A DNA stretch of 64,000 bases from Candidatus Binatia bacterium (GTDB lineage Bacteria > Desulfobacterota > Binatia > Bin18), in the NCBI GenBank assembly GCA_963664395.2, contig OY761159.2:3168001-3232000 (forward strand), read 5' to 3'. A model generated the notes under the pieces. The model made no database searches. It saw only the letters and a list, made by a program, of their open reading frames with translations, and had not been told where the DNA came from. Positions 51,438 through 61,071 of this stretch are shown here, in pieces. The stretch's first letter is position 1. Every line of letters starts with the position of its first letter. The position numbers and the translations under genes are program-made.

Positions 51438-52382
51438 ATGGTGACGATTCAATTTAGCGCAATAAGAAACATAGAAGATTTGGCAAAGAACCTCGGTACC
51501 TCTGTCGTTGGCATTAGACGTTTCACTGATACTGCCGATCAAGGTCAGTTTTATGAAAGAAAGATGATTCCCAAAAAAGGTAGAAAAAGGCGAGGTCAGT
51601 TCAGAACTGTCTACAAGGTACGGCAGGATTTGAGAGTCATCCAGAAAACTATCTTAACGGCAATAACCACACAGGTTACATTCCCTGAATATGTTCAAGG
51701 GTTCGTCCATAGACGCTCAATCATTACGAATGCCCGTCTACACCTATCCCAAAAGTTACTTTTACATGCAGATATAAAAGATTTTTTTGAATCAATAGAA
51801 ACCCCTCAAGTTGCCGAGTCGTTTGAATCTCTAGGATGCCAGAAGGAGATAGCATTTGTCTTCGCTAAGCTCTGTACTTTGAACGGATTCTTACTTCAAG
51901 GCTCCAGCGCTAGTCCGGCCCTTGCGAATCTAGTCTGTAAATACCTTGATATTGACCTCAAAACGCTCGCTGATACTCATAAATGCAGATTTAGTAGATA
52001 TGGGGATGACATCACCTTTTCAGGAGATTCTCTTCCGCCTTCGGAACGCGTTGAGGCTTTATTAAAAAGGTACGGTTATGAACTACGAGATGGAAAGTGC
52101 CGCATCCAAAGACGTGGCCGGAGTCAATATGTGACTGGCTTGACAACTTTTGACGACGAAAGGCCAAGAATTTCTCGCAGAATAAAGAAACGCCTGAGAT
52201 TAGAATTGTATTATGTTGAACGCTTTGGCCTTACTAATCATCTTGCACGAGTCCATTGGAGGAAGTCTCTCCGCGCAAAAATAAGACAAATGAATGGCTG
52301 GATTAGCTTCCTTTACTCCGTTGAACCGGATAAAGCGGCGGCGTTTGATCGACAATGGAAGAGGACCCTCTCAAAAGAGTGA
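51438..52382 (+). CDS. Retron-type reverse transcriptase
   Basis: Region X NARLH (NAxxH), DIKDFF, QGS..SP, RYGDD, region Y VTG; 314 aa with no maturase or endonuclease tail. Confidence 0.9.
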   Translation: MVTIQFSAIRNIEDLAKNLGTSVVGIRRFTDTADQGQFYERKMIPKKGRKRRGQFRTVYKVRQDLRVIQKTILTAITTQVTFPEYVQGFVHRRSIITNARLHLSQKLLLHADIKDFFESIETPQVAESFESLGCQKEIAFVFAKLCTLNGFLLQGSSASPALANLVCKYLDIDLKTLADTHKCRFSRYGDDITFSGDSLPPSERVEALLKRYGYELRDGKCRIQRRGRSQYVTGLTTFDDERPRISRRIKKRLRLELYYVERFGLTNHLARVHWRKSLRAKIRQMNGWISFLYSVEPDKAAAFDRQWKRTLSKE

Positions 52383-52391
52383 TGGTAGGGC

Positions 52392-52426
52392 AGCAAGGGA
52401 GGCTAAGTAGTTATTCTTCCCTTGCT
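52392..52426. terminator. Hairpin between the convergent RT and effector genes
   Basis: AGCAAGGGAGG...CTTCCCTTGCT. Confidence 0.5.
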
Positions 52427-52433
52427 AATTCCG

Positions 52434-53670
52434 TTAAGGAAGTGGATTCTCCCTTGTAAAGAATTCGTCTGTGGTGAAATTATGGACTACCCTTACCTTG
52501 TTCCGAATCTTTTCAAAATCTAGTCGTTCTGGAGTCCCCGCCGTTTCCAGATACTTTTGGACGATTACACAGGAATAATGAGCAACTGCCAGACCGTATT
52601 CAGGACCGTTTGTTAGCTCGACAGTCGGCTGCTCCTGAAACCCTCTGTTGTCAATGTTTGTAATGGCCTGGACGTGGGAATTAACAATTTCCTGTCTGTT
52701 TTCAATATGTGGCTGGTGAAGCTGACTCAGCCAGATATTTATACGCCGCGCCTTATTCGCTCTAAGCCTCTCGAACATGAGTCTCCCGAATAAGCACTCA
52801 TATGCATCTTGGCCTGTTTGTGAAGTAAAAGAGCCTTTCTCTGCATAGCAGACATATGCTTCAAAAATTAAGCTACTTAAAGTTTCGATAAATTTTACGC
52901 GGACGTTTGGGTCGTCTTGAGAATAATTGAACTCTCCTGTTTGTAACCTATTCACTAGGGATCAACCGGATGTATGGATCGTGTAGAAGGTCCTGCCGCA
53001 TTTCTTCTACTCTCTGCCTAATCAGCTCTGCGTCTTCAGCGACAACACATTCAACAAGAGCTAGGTTGTCTGGTTTCTCTCCATTAAAACCCGCCTCGCT
53101 GATGAATATATCAACGGATTCTTCCTTCTTTATTTGAGAAGGATTCGGCACTAATAGGTGCTTGACTGAAGAAGTATCCCCTCGCTGGAGTTGAGGTTGA
53201 TCTAGGGGCGCCTGATTGACTGGGGGATTTTTGAATGCTTTTTGAATATCTCTTGCGAGCTTGACAAAGAGGGCTTCCCGCTCCCCCTCTTTCATATCGA
53301 TAAGAGGCTTTGCTTCAGGGTTAGCCACTTGAAACTGATTGATAATTGGGGTTTCAAGGAAAGGTTTCACTATGACGGGAAGAGTGAATAGTCCCCTGTC
53401 TTCTGCGGCTTTAAGAAGAGGAGGGAGTTCGTCTGTCGCTATGAAATCAGAGGCGAGAAAATCAGCGCTAAGCAGGAGCACGGCTGCTTGAGACGATTCA
53501 ATCGCTTGTCTAATTTCTTCTCACCAGCGGTCTCCAGTCTTAATTCGCGTATCATCCCACAGGTCTATAGTTCCACCTCGTTCAAGCGGCTTGAGATGGA
53601 CAAGGAGCCGCTCAAGCCACTCCTTGTCTTCGTGGCTATAGCTAATGAATATTTTTGGTCGGGTTGCCAT
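52434..53670 (-). pseudogene. TIR + DUF3800-like fusion interrupted by an in-frame TGA and a frameshift
   Basis: ATG 53670 MATRPKIFISYSHEDKEWLE...LWDDTRIKTGDRW*(TGA 53523-53521)EEIRQAIESSQAAVLLLSADFLASDFIATDELP; frame change at about 52948-52955. Confidence 0.75.
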
Positions 53671-53767
53671 TATCAATCCGTTTCATTTGATATCCCTCCC
53701 TTGAAAGGTCTTTTCCTACGCTCCTAAAATAGGGCAGCTTAGGGCGGCGGAATGCGGCTCCTCAGGA

Positions 53768-54964
53768 TCAAATCACCCCATCCTCTTTGAGCGCCCGAAT
53801 CTCAGCCTCAGACAAGCCCAGTAACTTGCTATACACCAGTTCGTTATGCTCGCCCAGATTCGGACTCGGTGTGTCGTTGGGGGGCTGCTGGCCGTTGAAG
53901 CGCCAGGGGGCACCCAGAACGGTGACGTTGCCGGCGGTGGGATGGTTGATGTCTTTCAGAATGCCGCGTTCGCGTAGATGGGGGTCGTTGAGGACTTCTT
54001 CGACGCTCTGGACCGCACCACAGGTGATATCCGCCTCGCCACATAGCCGCATGATTTCGTGTTTCGGATGTTGTTTTGTCCAGGCGATGACAATCTCATC
54101 CACCTCATCTGCGTACTTGGCGCGGGCTCTGTTGGTAGCGAATCTTTCGTCCTGCGCGATATCTTCGCGCCCCATGAGCGTACACAACGCCTGCCAACGC
54201 TGATTGTCTGAGGTCAGGAGTAAGACATGGCCGTCACTGGCCGGATAACAATTATATGGAGAGAAGGCGCGGTTCGGAGCCCTGTTGCCTGCCCGTTCGT
54301 AGGTGCCGCCTTGGGCGCGGTAGGCCGAGATTTGGGCGGTCATAGGCCCAATGGCTGATTCAAACAGCGAGGTTTCTACTTCGAGCCCCTCTCCGGTGCG
54401 GTCGCGTTGATGCAGGGCAGCTAATATGCCCGCCGCAAAATGAATGCCTGCCATGATGTCCATAATCGGAGGCCCGGCCTTCATAGGCGGACCGGCCGGA
54501 TCGCCCGTTGTGCTCATGATGCCGGACAGGGCTTGGACAATAGAATCAAACGCGGGGTAGGCGCTGTATGGGCCGGTCTTGCCATAGCCCGAGCTTGACG
54601 CGTAGATAATGCGCGGATTGATGTGCTTTAAGTCCTGATAGCCCAGACCCAGCTTGTCCATGGTCCCGGCGGTAAAGTTCTCGACGACAATATCGGCCTC
54701 TGTCACAAACTGTTTGAACAGCTCTTTGCCGCGTTCGGATTTGAGATTCAGTGTAATGCCTTTTTTATTCGAGTTGAGCATCACAAAGGGATAGCTCTGC
54801 TTTTCGGCGTCCGGGATCGGAAAAATACTGCGCGCGCGTTCACCGTAGGGGAGCGGCTCGATTTTAATGACTTCAGCTCCGAGAAAGCCCAGCACTTGGG
54901 TCGCATAGGGACCGTTAAAGACGTGGGTGAGATCAAGAACGCGAATGTCATCTAATGCTCGCAT
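53768..54964 (-). CDS. CaiB/BaiF family III CoA transferase
   Basis: LDDIRVLDLTH..NGP, GAEVIKIEP, NSNKK, P.LGEHN. Confidence 0.93.
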   Translation of the reverse strand: MRALDDIRVLDLTHVFNGPYATQVLGFLGAEVIKIEPLPYGERARSIFPIPDAEKQSYPFVMLNSNKKGITLNLKSERGKELFKQFVTEADIVVENFTAGTMDKLGLGYQDLKHINPRIIYASSSGYGKTGPYSAYPAFDSIVQALSGIMSTTGDPAGPPMKAGPPIMDIMAGIHFAAGILAALHQRDRTGEGLEVETSLFESAIGPMTAQISAYRAQGGTYERAGNRAPNRAFSPYNCYPASDGHVLLLTSDNQRWQALCTLMGREDIAQDERFATNRARAKYADEVDEIVIAWTKQHPKHEIMRLCGEADITCGAVQSVEEVLNDPHLRERGILKDINHPTAGNVTVLGAPWRFNGQQPPNDTPSPNLGEHNELVYSKLLGLSEAEIRALKEDGVI

Positions 54965-55101
54965 GGACAGTTCCCTTTTAGCCGACCCTCAGCGGTCAGC
55001 TATCAGTCGATGCAGGGAAAGGCAAGGAAGCACAGGAAGCAAAGGGGATTTTCTGAGCAGAGAAGAAAGGAGTACAAAGAAGAAGGGAAAGGAGGCGCAC
55101 T

Positions 55102-56565
55102 ATGCTCGATCTCATCATCACCGGGGGAACCGTTGTGACGCCGCACACTGTTGCTGCGTTGGATGTTGGCATTGCCGGGGAGCACATCGTTGCCGTGGGC
55201 CAACCCGGAACCTTAAGTGCCGCTGCCGGACGGGTGATCGATGCAACGGGAAAGATCGTGTTGCCGGGCGGGATCGAGCCGCATGCGCATATTGGCATTC
55301 CCGTCCCGCCGGATTGGACCGGCCAGCCGGATGTGATGACCCAGCCACCTGAGGCCGCCAGTCGGGCAGCCGCGTTCGGTGGGGTGACAACCATTATTGA
55401 TTTTGCGGGTGATTTGTCTCGTAAGGCGCTGCGGGGAGAACGCCGTCGCCCGCTGCTCGATGTGCTTGAGCGGCGGCGGACTGTCTTTCGAGATCATTGC
55501 TACACGGATTTTGCCTTTCATTACATGCTTGCCGGGGAATGCGGCCATCAAGCCGCGGGCCAGATTGCCGAAGCAGTCCAAGAAGGCGTGGGCAGCTTCA
55601 AGATTTTTACCACCACGGAGATACGCATTCCGTATGGACATCTGTGGGAGATTTTCGCGGAAGTGGCCAAGCACGGTGGCATGATGGCCGTCCATGCCGA
55701 AGAAGATGAAATCGTGAATTATATGCTTGAAAAGCTCAAACGCGAGGGACGCGATCAAGCCTATAATATGCATCTGGTCCACAACAACCTGTCTGAAGAT
55801 CTGGCCTTTCGCACTATTATTCGTCTGGCCGAGCACACCGGCACCGGGGTGTATTTCGTGCATACCACGGCCAAGGAAGGCGTGCGCGCCATTGCCGAAG
55901 CGCGCCAAGCAGGACAGCCAGTGTACGGTGAGGCCCTGCATCACTATCTGCACTTCACCTGTGAAGATTACAAGAAGCCGGACGGCATGGCGATTCATAC
56001 CTATCCGGCGCTGAAGTTCGCCGACGACCGCGAGGCTCTGCTCGACGGCTTGCTCGATGGACAGCTGTGCACCGCGGCCACGGACGAGTATACGACCTAT
56101 AAAGGCCCCAAGCTGTTCAGCGATCGCATTGAGTCCATCTGTGGCGGACATAATGGGGTAGAGACGCGCGTGCCCGTTTCTTTCACTAAATGTGTGGTCG
56201 AACGTGGTATGTCGCTCCAGCGCTTTGCCGGGATTATTGCAACCAACGCCGCCAAGATTCTGGGCCTGTATCCGCAAAAGGGCGCCATTCAGCCGGGCAG
56301 CGACGCCGACATTGTCCTGCTTGATCCCAACCTGACAAAAACGATTGCCGTGGATGATCTGCACGCCGACTCTGACTACAGCATTTGGGAAGGATTTACG
56401 TGCAAAGGCTATCCGGTCATGACGCTCTTGCGTGGGAAGGTGATTGTCGAAAATGGCAAGCTGGTCGGGCATTCGACGGATGGTCGCTGGCTGAAGCGCA
56501 GGGTTGGGGGGATGTTTTGGTTCGGCCTGCACTGTGATCGTCTTGTTCGTCTGAGGCTGCCATGA
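55102..56565 (+). CDS. Dihydropyrimidinase/hydantoinase-like amidohydrolase
   Basis: PGGIEPHAH, GGVTT..DF, SFK, VHAE, G.DADIV. Confidence 0.88.
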   Translation: MLDLIITGGTVVTPHTVAALDVGIAGEHIVAVGQPGTLSAAAGRVIDATGKIVLPGGIEPHAHIGIPVPPDWTGQPDVMTQPPEAASRAAAFGGVTTIIDFAGDLSRKALRGERRRPLLDVLERRRTVFRDHCYTDFAFHYMLAGECGHQAAGQIAEAVQEGVGSFKIFTTTEIRIPYGHLWEIFAEVAKHGGMMAVHAEEDEIVNYMLEKLKREGRDQAYNMHLVHNNLSEDLAFRTIIRLAEHTGTGVYFVHTTAKEGVRAIAEARQAGQPVYGEALHHYLHFTCEDYKKPDGMAIHTYPALKFADDREALLDGLLDGQLCTAATDEYTTYKGPKLFSDRIESICGGHNGVETRVPVSFTKCVVERGMSLQRFAGIIATNAAKILGLYPQKGAIQPGSDADIVLLDPNLTKTIAVDDLHADSDYSIWEGFTCKGYPVMTLLRGKVIVENGKLVGHSTDGRWLKRRVGGMFWFGLHCDRLVRLRLP

Positions 56566-57353
56566 CTACGTGGGACCCGCAACAATACCAGCGCTTTCAA
56601 AAGGAACGCGCCCAGCCTTTCTTCGATTTATTGAGCCGTCTTCCAGATGGCGAGGTGACGACGGCTGCCGATCTGGGTTGCGGGCCGGGCACGCTCACGG
56701 CGACACTGACCGAACGCTGGCCACACGCAAGCGTGTGGGGGGTGGATAATTCGCCTCAGATGTTGGCCACGGCCAGGGCGCAGCCGGCTCAGACCCGGTT
56801 GCATTTTGTAGAAGCGAATATTGCCAAGTGGTCCCCGCCGCGGCGACTGGACCGCATCATATCGAACGCGGCTCTGCACTGGGTGCCCGAGCATCAGGCT
56901 GTTTTACAACGACTGGTCAGCTTGCTGACTCCATACGGCGTGCTGGCGGTGCAGATGCCGAACAATCATGCCGAGGCCGCCCACCGGATTTTGCGCGAGT
57001 CAGTGCAGCAAGAGCCGTGGGGGTCGCTGCTGGCCGGCTCGGAAGAGCGTTTTTTTATGCAGACCCCAGACTGGTACGCTCATACGCTCCACACTCTCGG
57101 GTGTACAGTCCAGGTATGGGAGACGATTTATTATCAGCTCTTGCCCGGTGAGAACGCGGTGTTGGAATGGATGAAAGGCACGGCCCTGAGACCGACGCTT
57201 GAGCGCTTGGGCCAACACCTCGGTCGGGACGGGCAGGCCGCATTTCTGGACATGTACGGCCAGCAACTCGCCCAGGCTTATCCGGTCGGCCCGAACGGGA
57301 CGCTGTTTCCTTTCCGTCGGCTGTTCTTTATTGCGCAGCGCGCTGAGCCCTGA
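56562..57353 (+). CDS. tam: Trans-aconitate 2-methyltransferase-like
   Basis: WDPQQY..F..ER..PF.DL, DLGCGPG, NAALHW, LAVQMP, FPFRRLF. Confidence 0.82.
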   Translation: MTTWDPQQYQRFQKERAQPFFDLLSRLPDGEVTTAADLGCGPGTLTATLTERWPHASVWGVDNSPQMLATARAQPAQTRLHFVEANIAKWSPPRRLDRIISNAALHWVPEHQAVLQRLVSLLTPYGVLAVQMPNNHAEAAHRILRESVQQEPWGSLLAGSEERFFMQTPDWYAHTLHTLGCTVQVWETIYYQLLPGENAVLEWMKGTALRPTLERLGQHLGRDGQAAFLDMYGQQLAQAYPVGPNGTLFPFRRLFFIAQRAEP

Positions 57354-57461
57354 TACCACTCCGGGCCACTTTGCCACTGAACTTGGTCATCTCGGAGTCG
57401 GCTGAGCCCAGCGTAAGCCGACGAGAGGGCAAATCGCCAGTGGCGGTGTTGAGAGGGTAGT

Positions 57462-58690
57462 GTGTCAGACAGCACGCACAAACCGCGATCTTCATTCTGG
57501 CCGGGGCGGTGTTTGCCACCATGCTGGGGAACGGCATGGTGATGCCCTTTATTCCCGTGTACGTCGGTCAGTTCGGGCTGGGCGGCCTGGGAGCGGGCTT
57601 GCTGTTCAGCGTCCATGCAGCAACCCGGACCGTGTTGCTGCCGTTCATCGGACGCGCGTCCGACCGCTGGGACCGACGTGGCTTTCTGCTGGTTGGGGTG
57701 CTGTTCTACGCCCTGGCGTCCGTGGCCTATCCCCTGGCCGATCGGGTCGCGGCCTTTGTCGGCATTATGGCCGTCCACGGCACGGGCACGGCCATCGTCC
57801 ATCTGGTTTCCATGGCCTATATCGGCGACCTTGCACCGCGGGGTGAGGAGGGCAGGTATAGCGGCTATATGAATACCGCCCTCTTGGGCGGGATTGCCGG
57901 CGGGCCCGTCTTGGGGGGAGTCATCCGCGACTTCTCTTCCATGTCGGTCAATTTTCTGACGATGACCGCCTTGAGCGGGGTATCCTTTTTCTTGCTGGCG
58001 GTCCTGCTGCCCTGCGTCGAATCAATCCAGACCGGACTGAAAAAACCCAAGCCAGCCTCCACCTCGCCCTGGCAATTACTCTCCTGCCGTCCGGTCGTGG
58101 GGGTGGCCAGCTTTCGGCTCGCCTACGCGTGTACGAATGCCTTGATCTGGATATTCCTGCCGATCCTGGCCGCCCGGCTGTGGACCTTATCCACGACGTA
58201 GATCGGGGTGTTAATCTCCGTCAATGTGATGGTCAGCACCGTGCTGCAAGCCCCCTGCGGCCGGCTGGCCGACCGGAAGAGGAAGGCGGTGCTGATTGCC
58301 CTGGGTGGGGTTGGCAGCGCGCTGGCCCTGGCGGCCTTTCCGTTTGCGACCATGTTCTGGCAGGTGCTGGCCCTCAATATCTGTATCGGTGCCTGCTACG
58401 GCCTGGCCTTCCCGGCCCATACGGCAGTCGGCATGGAGAACGCCGGTTCATACGGCATGGCCACCGTCATGAGCCTGCTCATGATGTCGCACGGCGTCGG
58501 CATGATGGTCGGGCCGCTGCTGTTCGGCGCAATTGCGGATCAACTCAGCCTCGCCTGGGCATTCTGGGCCGGGGGGCTGATCAACCTCGGCCTGATAATC
58601 GCCTGTTGGCTATTGCTGGTGGGAACGCCGACTGAACTGGAAGGGGAACCGCTCCGGCCCGTGAACACCGATCCTGTCGAGGCGGAGTGA
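57462..58690 (+). pseudogene. MFS transporter with an internal TAG and a probable 5' frameshift
   Basis: GRASDRWDRR and GRLADRKRK motifs in one frame; TAG at 58199-58201 in STT*IGVL; first TM helix lacks an in-frame start. Confidence 0.8.
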
Positions 58691-58795
58691 AGTCTTTCCA
58701 CAGGCGGCTTGCGCGCATCTTGTATGCGAGAAATCAGTAAAGCGCAGGGTCTAATATCGCGCGCGGGAAAGTATGAAAGTCAGGATGAAGGGCCA

Positions 58796-59377
58796 TTAGG
58801 GATTCCCGGTCAGTTCATTAAACTGTAATCTGCCTCCGTTGGTCCCGTTGAGCGTGAGCATATCCTCCGGCTTGTCATGCCGTGCGGATCCTTTCCCCAT
58901 CCGCGTCGGTTTTTTGCCTAAGCGAATGTTTTTAATACTTATGAAACGCTGCTCATAATCATTTTCTTTAAGGAAGTTCCTCTGATCCCAGAATGCCTGA
59001 CCAATAGCACGACAGTAAGAAACAAGGCATTTCGCTCCCTTCAGTTGTTGGACAATTTCGTTATGCAAGCCGTATTTACCGCCCTTCATTTCAATGTAGA
59101 TGATCCAGTTTCGTTTATCGGTCCTTGCAACGATGACATAATCAGCCCGCTTACATTCTCCTTTCTCACCTTTAAAAATTTCTCCTGGAGGCGGAAAACG
59201 ATCTGCTTTAATAGCGATAATGTCATCGGGCGCCCCGTGTATCTTTACGGTATACTGGGATTGTGGGCTGTTACTGATTTCTTTCAGGGTAATAACATTT
59301 TTGTTATTAGAAGACTCAATTAGGGCTAGCGCCTCATCCTTGATTAATTCGTGCAATATATCCACATCGTCCATCAT
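58796..59377 (-). CDS. Hypothetical PD-(D/E)xK-like nuclease, ATPase partner
   Basis: CKRADYVIV...IYIEMK...QQL; ATGA-coupled to the ATPase. Confidence 0.65.
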   Translation of the reverse strand: MMDDVDILHELIKDEALALIESSNNKNVITLKEISNSPQSQYTVKIHGAPDDIIAIKADRFPPPGEIFKGEKGECKRADYVIVARTDKRNWIIYIEMKGGKYGLHNEIVQQLKGAKCLVSYCRAIGQAFWDQRNFLKENDYEQRFISIKNIRLGKKPTRMGKGSARHDKPEDMLTLNGTNGGRLQFNELTGNP

Positions 59378-60783
59378 CCATCCTCTCCCCACACGATGGC
59401 TTCCTGAATCTCGTTCATTTTATTAATTGTTTTGTCGAAACTGCCCATTTCAATACCTAGTTCCGGGTCTATCTTTGCTTCCACAAGCGTTTGGCAGCGG
59501 CTCCTCCTTTTGTTGCCGTCTAAGAGAACAAAATCCTCTTCTGCTATGTACGCCTTGATTTTCTCGGGAGCGATAAATTCAGAACTTTTGTATCCTTCCT
59601 GTTGGGCGATACGTTTCAAGTACGGCTTGTCCTGGTTCAGCATGATGAGGGTGTTCAGTTCTTTTACGATGTAATCGCTGTGCGTGGTAATGAAGACCTT
59701 GATTCCGAGATTCGCTAGCCTCGCGAAGAGCCGTACTACGCGGCGCTGGTTCTCGGGATGTAGATTCAATTCCGGCTCGTCCACTATCAGCAAATCGCCG
59801 TGCTCAGCGGCATGGCGTAAATAGAAGTCAACATTGAGCAGGGATCGTACCCCGCTGGAGCTTTCATTCATGCTGAGTCTGATCTCTGTGTCCTTTGGTA
59901 TAAAATACAGCTCGCCGTTGCGAGTCACGCGGTATGATCCGCCGACGATTTCGGCGAATTGCATTAGTACATCGGGATACTTTTCCACGAGAAAACTGTC
60001 CGTTTTTGTAGTGCTCTCAAGCCAGTGCATGAAGTTCATGTTAAATTTGACGGGGAGCGAGTAGTCTCGATACGACCTAAGCAATAACTCTCGTGGATTG
60101 ATATCGTCATCCGCCCGGCTCATTTCTTCTAACAAATGGCCACGGGCGAAAATTAGTTCTGTGCGGAAAACAGCGGCCCCTGTCCGCTCGGTGCTGGAGA
60201 TAAAAGCGTCTGGGAAAAACTGTCCGAAAATACGTTCATTGATAGTTTCGGTTATCAAGCTCCTAATGCGTTCAGTAGGAATTTCGACTCTTTGTTTTTC
60301 TCCCAACAAGGAAACTTCTAATTCCGTACTACCCTCAGCTTTAGCGATGGAAAAAAATTGACGATTTCGAGCACCAGTCTTACTCTTAAACGATATTCGC
60401 TTTATTGCCTCGGACAACGCGCTTCTTTCCAAAGATATATTGAATTGACTATCTCGAAACCTTTTTCTGGGTGCGGCAAAAATGCTTGGTAAGCCCTCAG
60501 TATACCGCTCACATAGAGTGTTAAGGATGCTCTCCGCTCCTTTGCCGTATTCGATCAAATCAATTTGTGTAATACCGTTGTCGAGAAGATTATTGATTGC
60601 TCGCTGAGATATCCGCCCCTCGCCCAGCGAACCTATACGATGCCGCCATGTGGCCAGAAACCCATATAGGGCATAGGTTGCATACGTCTTACCGGTATTG
60701 TTGCTACCGCAGATAATAGTGAAATCACCCAGGCTGAATTCGGCCTGCTTCAACACGCCAAGATTTTTTACCTTCACTTTCAT
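59374..60783 (-). CDS. AAA_15/AAA_21 ABC-type ATPase
   Basis: GSNNTGKT, SSSG, IVDEPELNLHP.NQ, TTHS. Confidence 0.9.
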   Translation of the reverse strand: MKVKVKNLGVLKQAEFSLGDFTIICGSNNTGKTYATYALYGFLATWRHRIGSLGEGRISQRAINNLLDNGITQIDLIEYGKGAESILNTLCERYTEGLPSIFAAPRKRFRDSQFNISLERSALSEAIKRISFKSKTGARNRQFFSIAKAEGSTELEVSLLGEKQRVEIPTERIRSLITETINERIFGQFFPDAFISSTERTGAAVFRTELIFARGHLLEEMSRADDDINPRELLLRSYRDYSLPVKFNMNFMHWLESTTKTDSFLVEKYPDVLMQFAEIVGGSYRVTRNGELYFIPKDTEIRLSMNESSSGVRSLLNVDFYLRHAAEHGDLLIVDEPELNLHPENQRRVVRLFARLANLGIKVFITTHSDYIVKELNTLIMLNQDKPYLKRIAQQEGYKSSEFIAPEKIKAYIAEEDFVLLDGNKRRSRCQTLVEAKIDPELGIEMGSFDKTINKMNEIQEAIVWGEDG

Positions 60784-60894
60784 ACCGACACCTCCACAAT
60801 TGTTATGGTGTCATTACCGAATATGTCTCCTACCTTAAGGCAAGAAATAAGATGATTTTTTCTCGTGGTTACGTACTGCAACTTCCTAAAAGTC

Positions 60895-60981
60895 TCGTAC
60901 CAGATCTTCTTCTCCGCTTCTGTCATGCTTTTTCGGAGTTCTTTGGCGCAGGGTCCGAGAGCTTTGTTATACGGCAGGAAG
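60895..60981 (-). pseudogene. N-terminal relic of a DUF559 (Vsr-like) endonuclease
   Basis: FLPYNKAL...AKELRKSMTEAEKKIW, then unrelated sequence. Confidence 0.65.
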
Positions 60982-60982
60982 A

Positions 60983-61035
60983 AATCCCCCCGCCCTACGG
61001 GCTGCCCCCCTTGATAAGGGGGGTTAGGGGGGATT
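60983..61035. repeat. REP-like palindrome (family C)
   Basis: AATCCCCCC...CCCCCCTTGATAAGGGGGGTTAGGGGGGATT. Confidence 0.7.
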
Positions 61036-61071
61036 CCCTGCCTTCGGCTCATCGAATGACCTGGGGTCTGC

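Noticed and set aside
51438-52382. RT as group II intron, DGR or CRISPR-associated RT
   Set aside because: No maturase/endonuclease domain, no intron domain V, no TR/VR pair and no cas genes; retron X/Y motifs are present.
53521-53523. Selenocysteine at the TGA in the TIR domain
   Set aside because: The position is not a Cys/redox site in TIR domains, no clear SECIS is seen, and a second lesion exists downstream.
55020-55095. Purine-rich short repeats (GCAAGGAA/GCACAGGAA/GCAAAGGGG)
   Set aside because: Only three degenerate units in a divergent promoter region; too weak to call.
56500-56565. Odd C-terminal tail of the dihydropyrimidinase-like gene after a G7 run
   Set aside because: It could be a late frameshift, but the catalytic domain is complete and I cannot test this without homologues.
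56562-57353. tam as part of the tcuA/aconitate operon
   Set aside because: It is about 9 kb away, on the opposite strand and coupled to an amidohydrolase; the link is only thematic.
57458-58201. Amber reassignment or pyrrolysine readthrough in the MFS gene
   Set aside because: Many intact genes here end in TAG, and no pyl genes or suppressor tRNA are visible; nonsense mutation is simpler.
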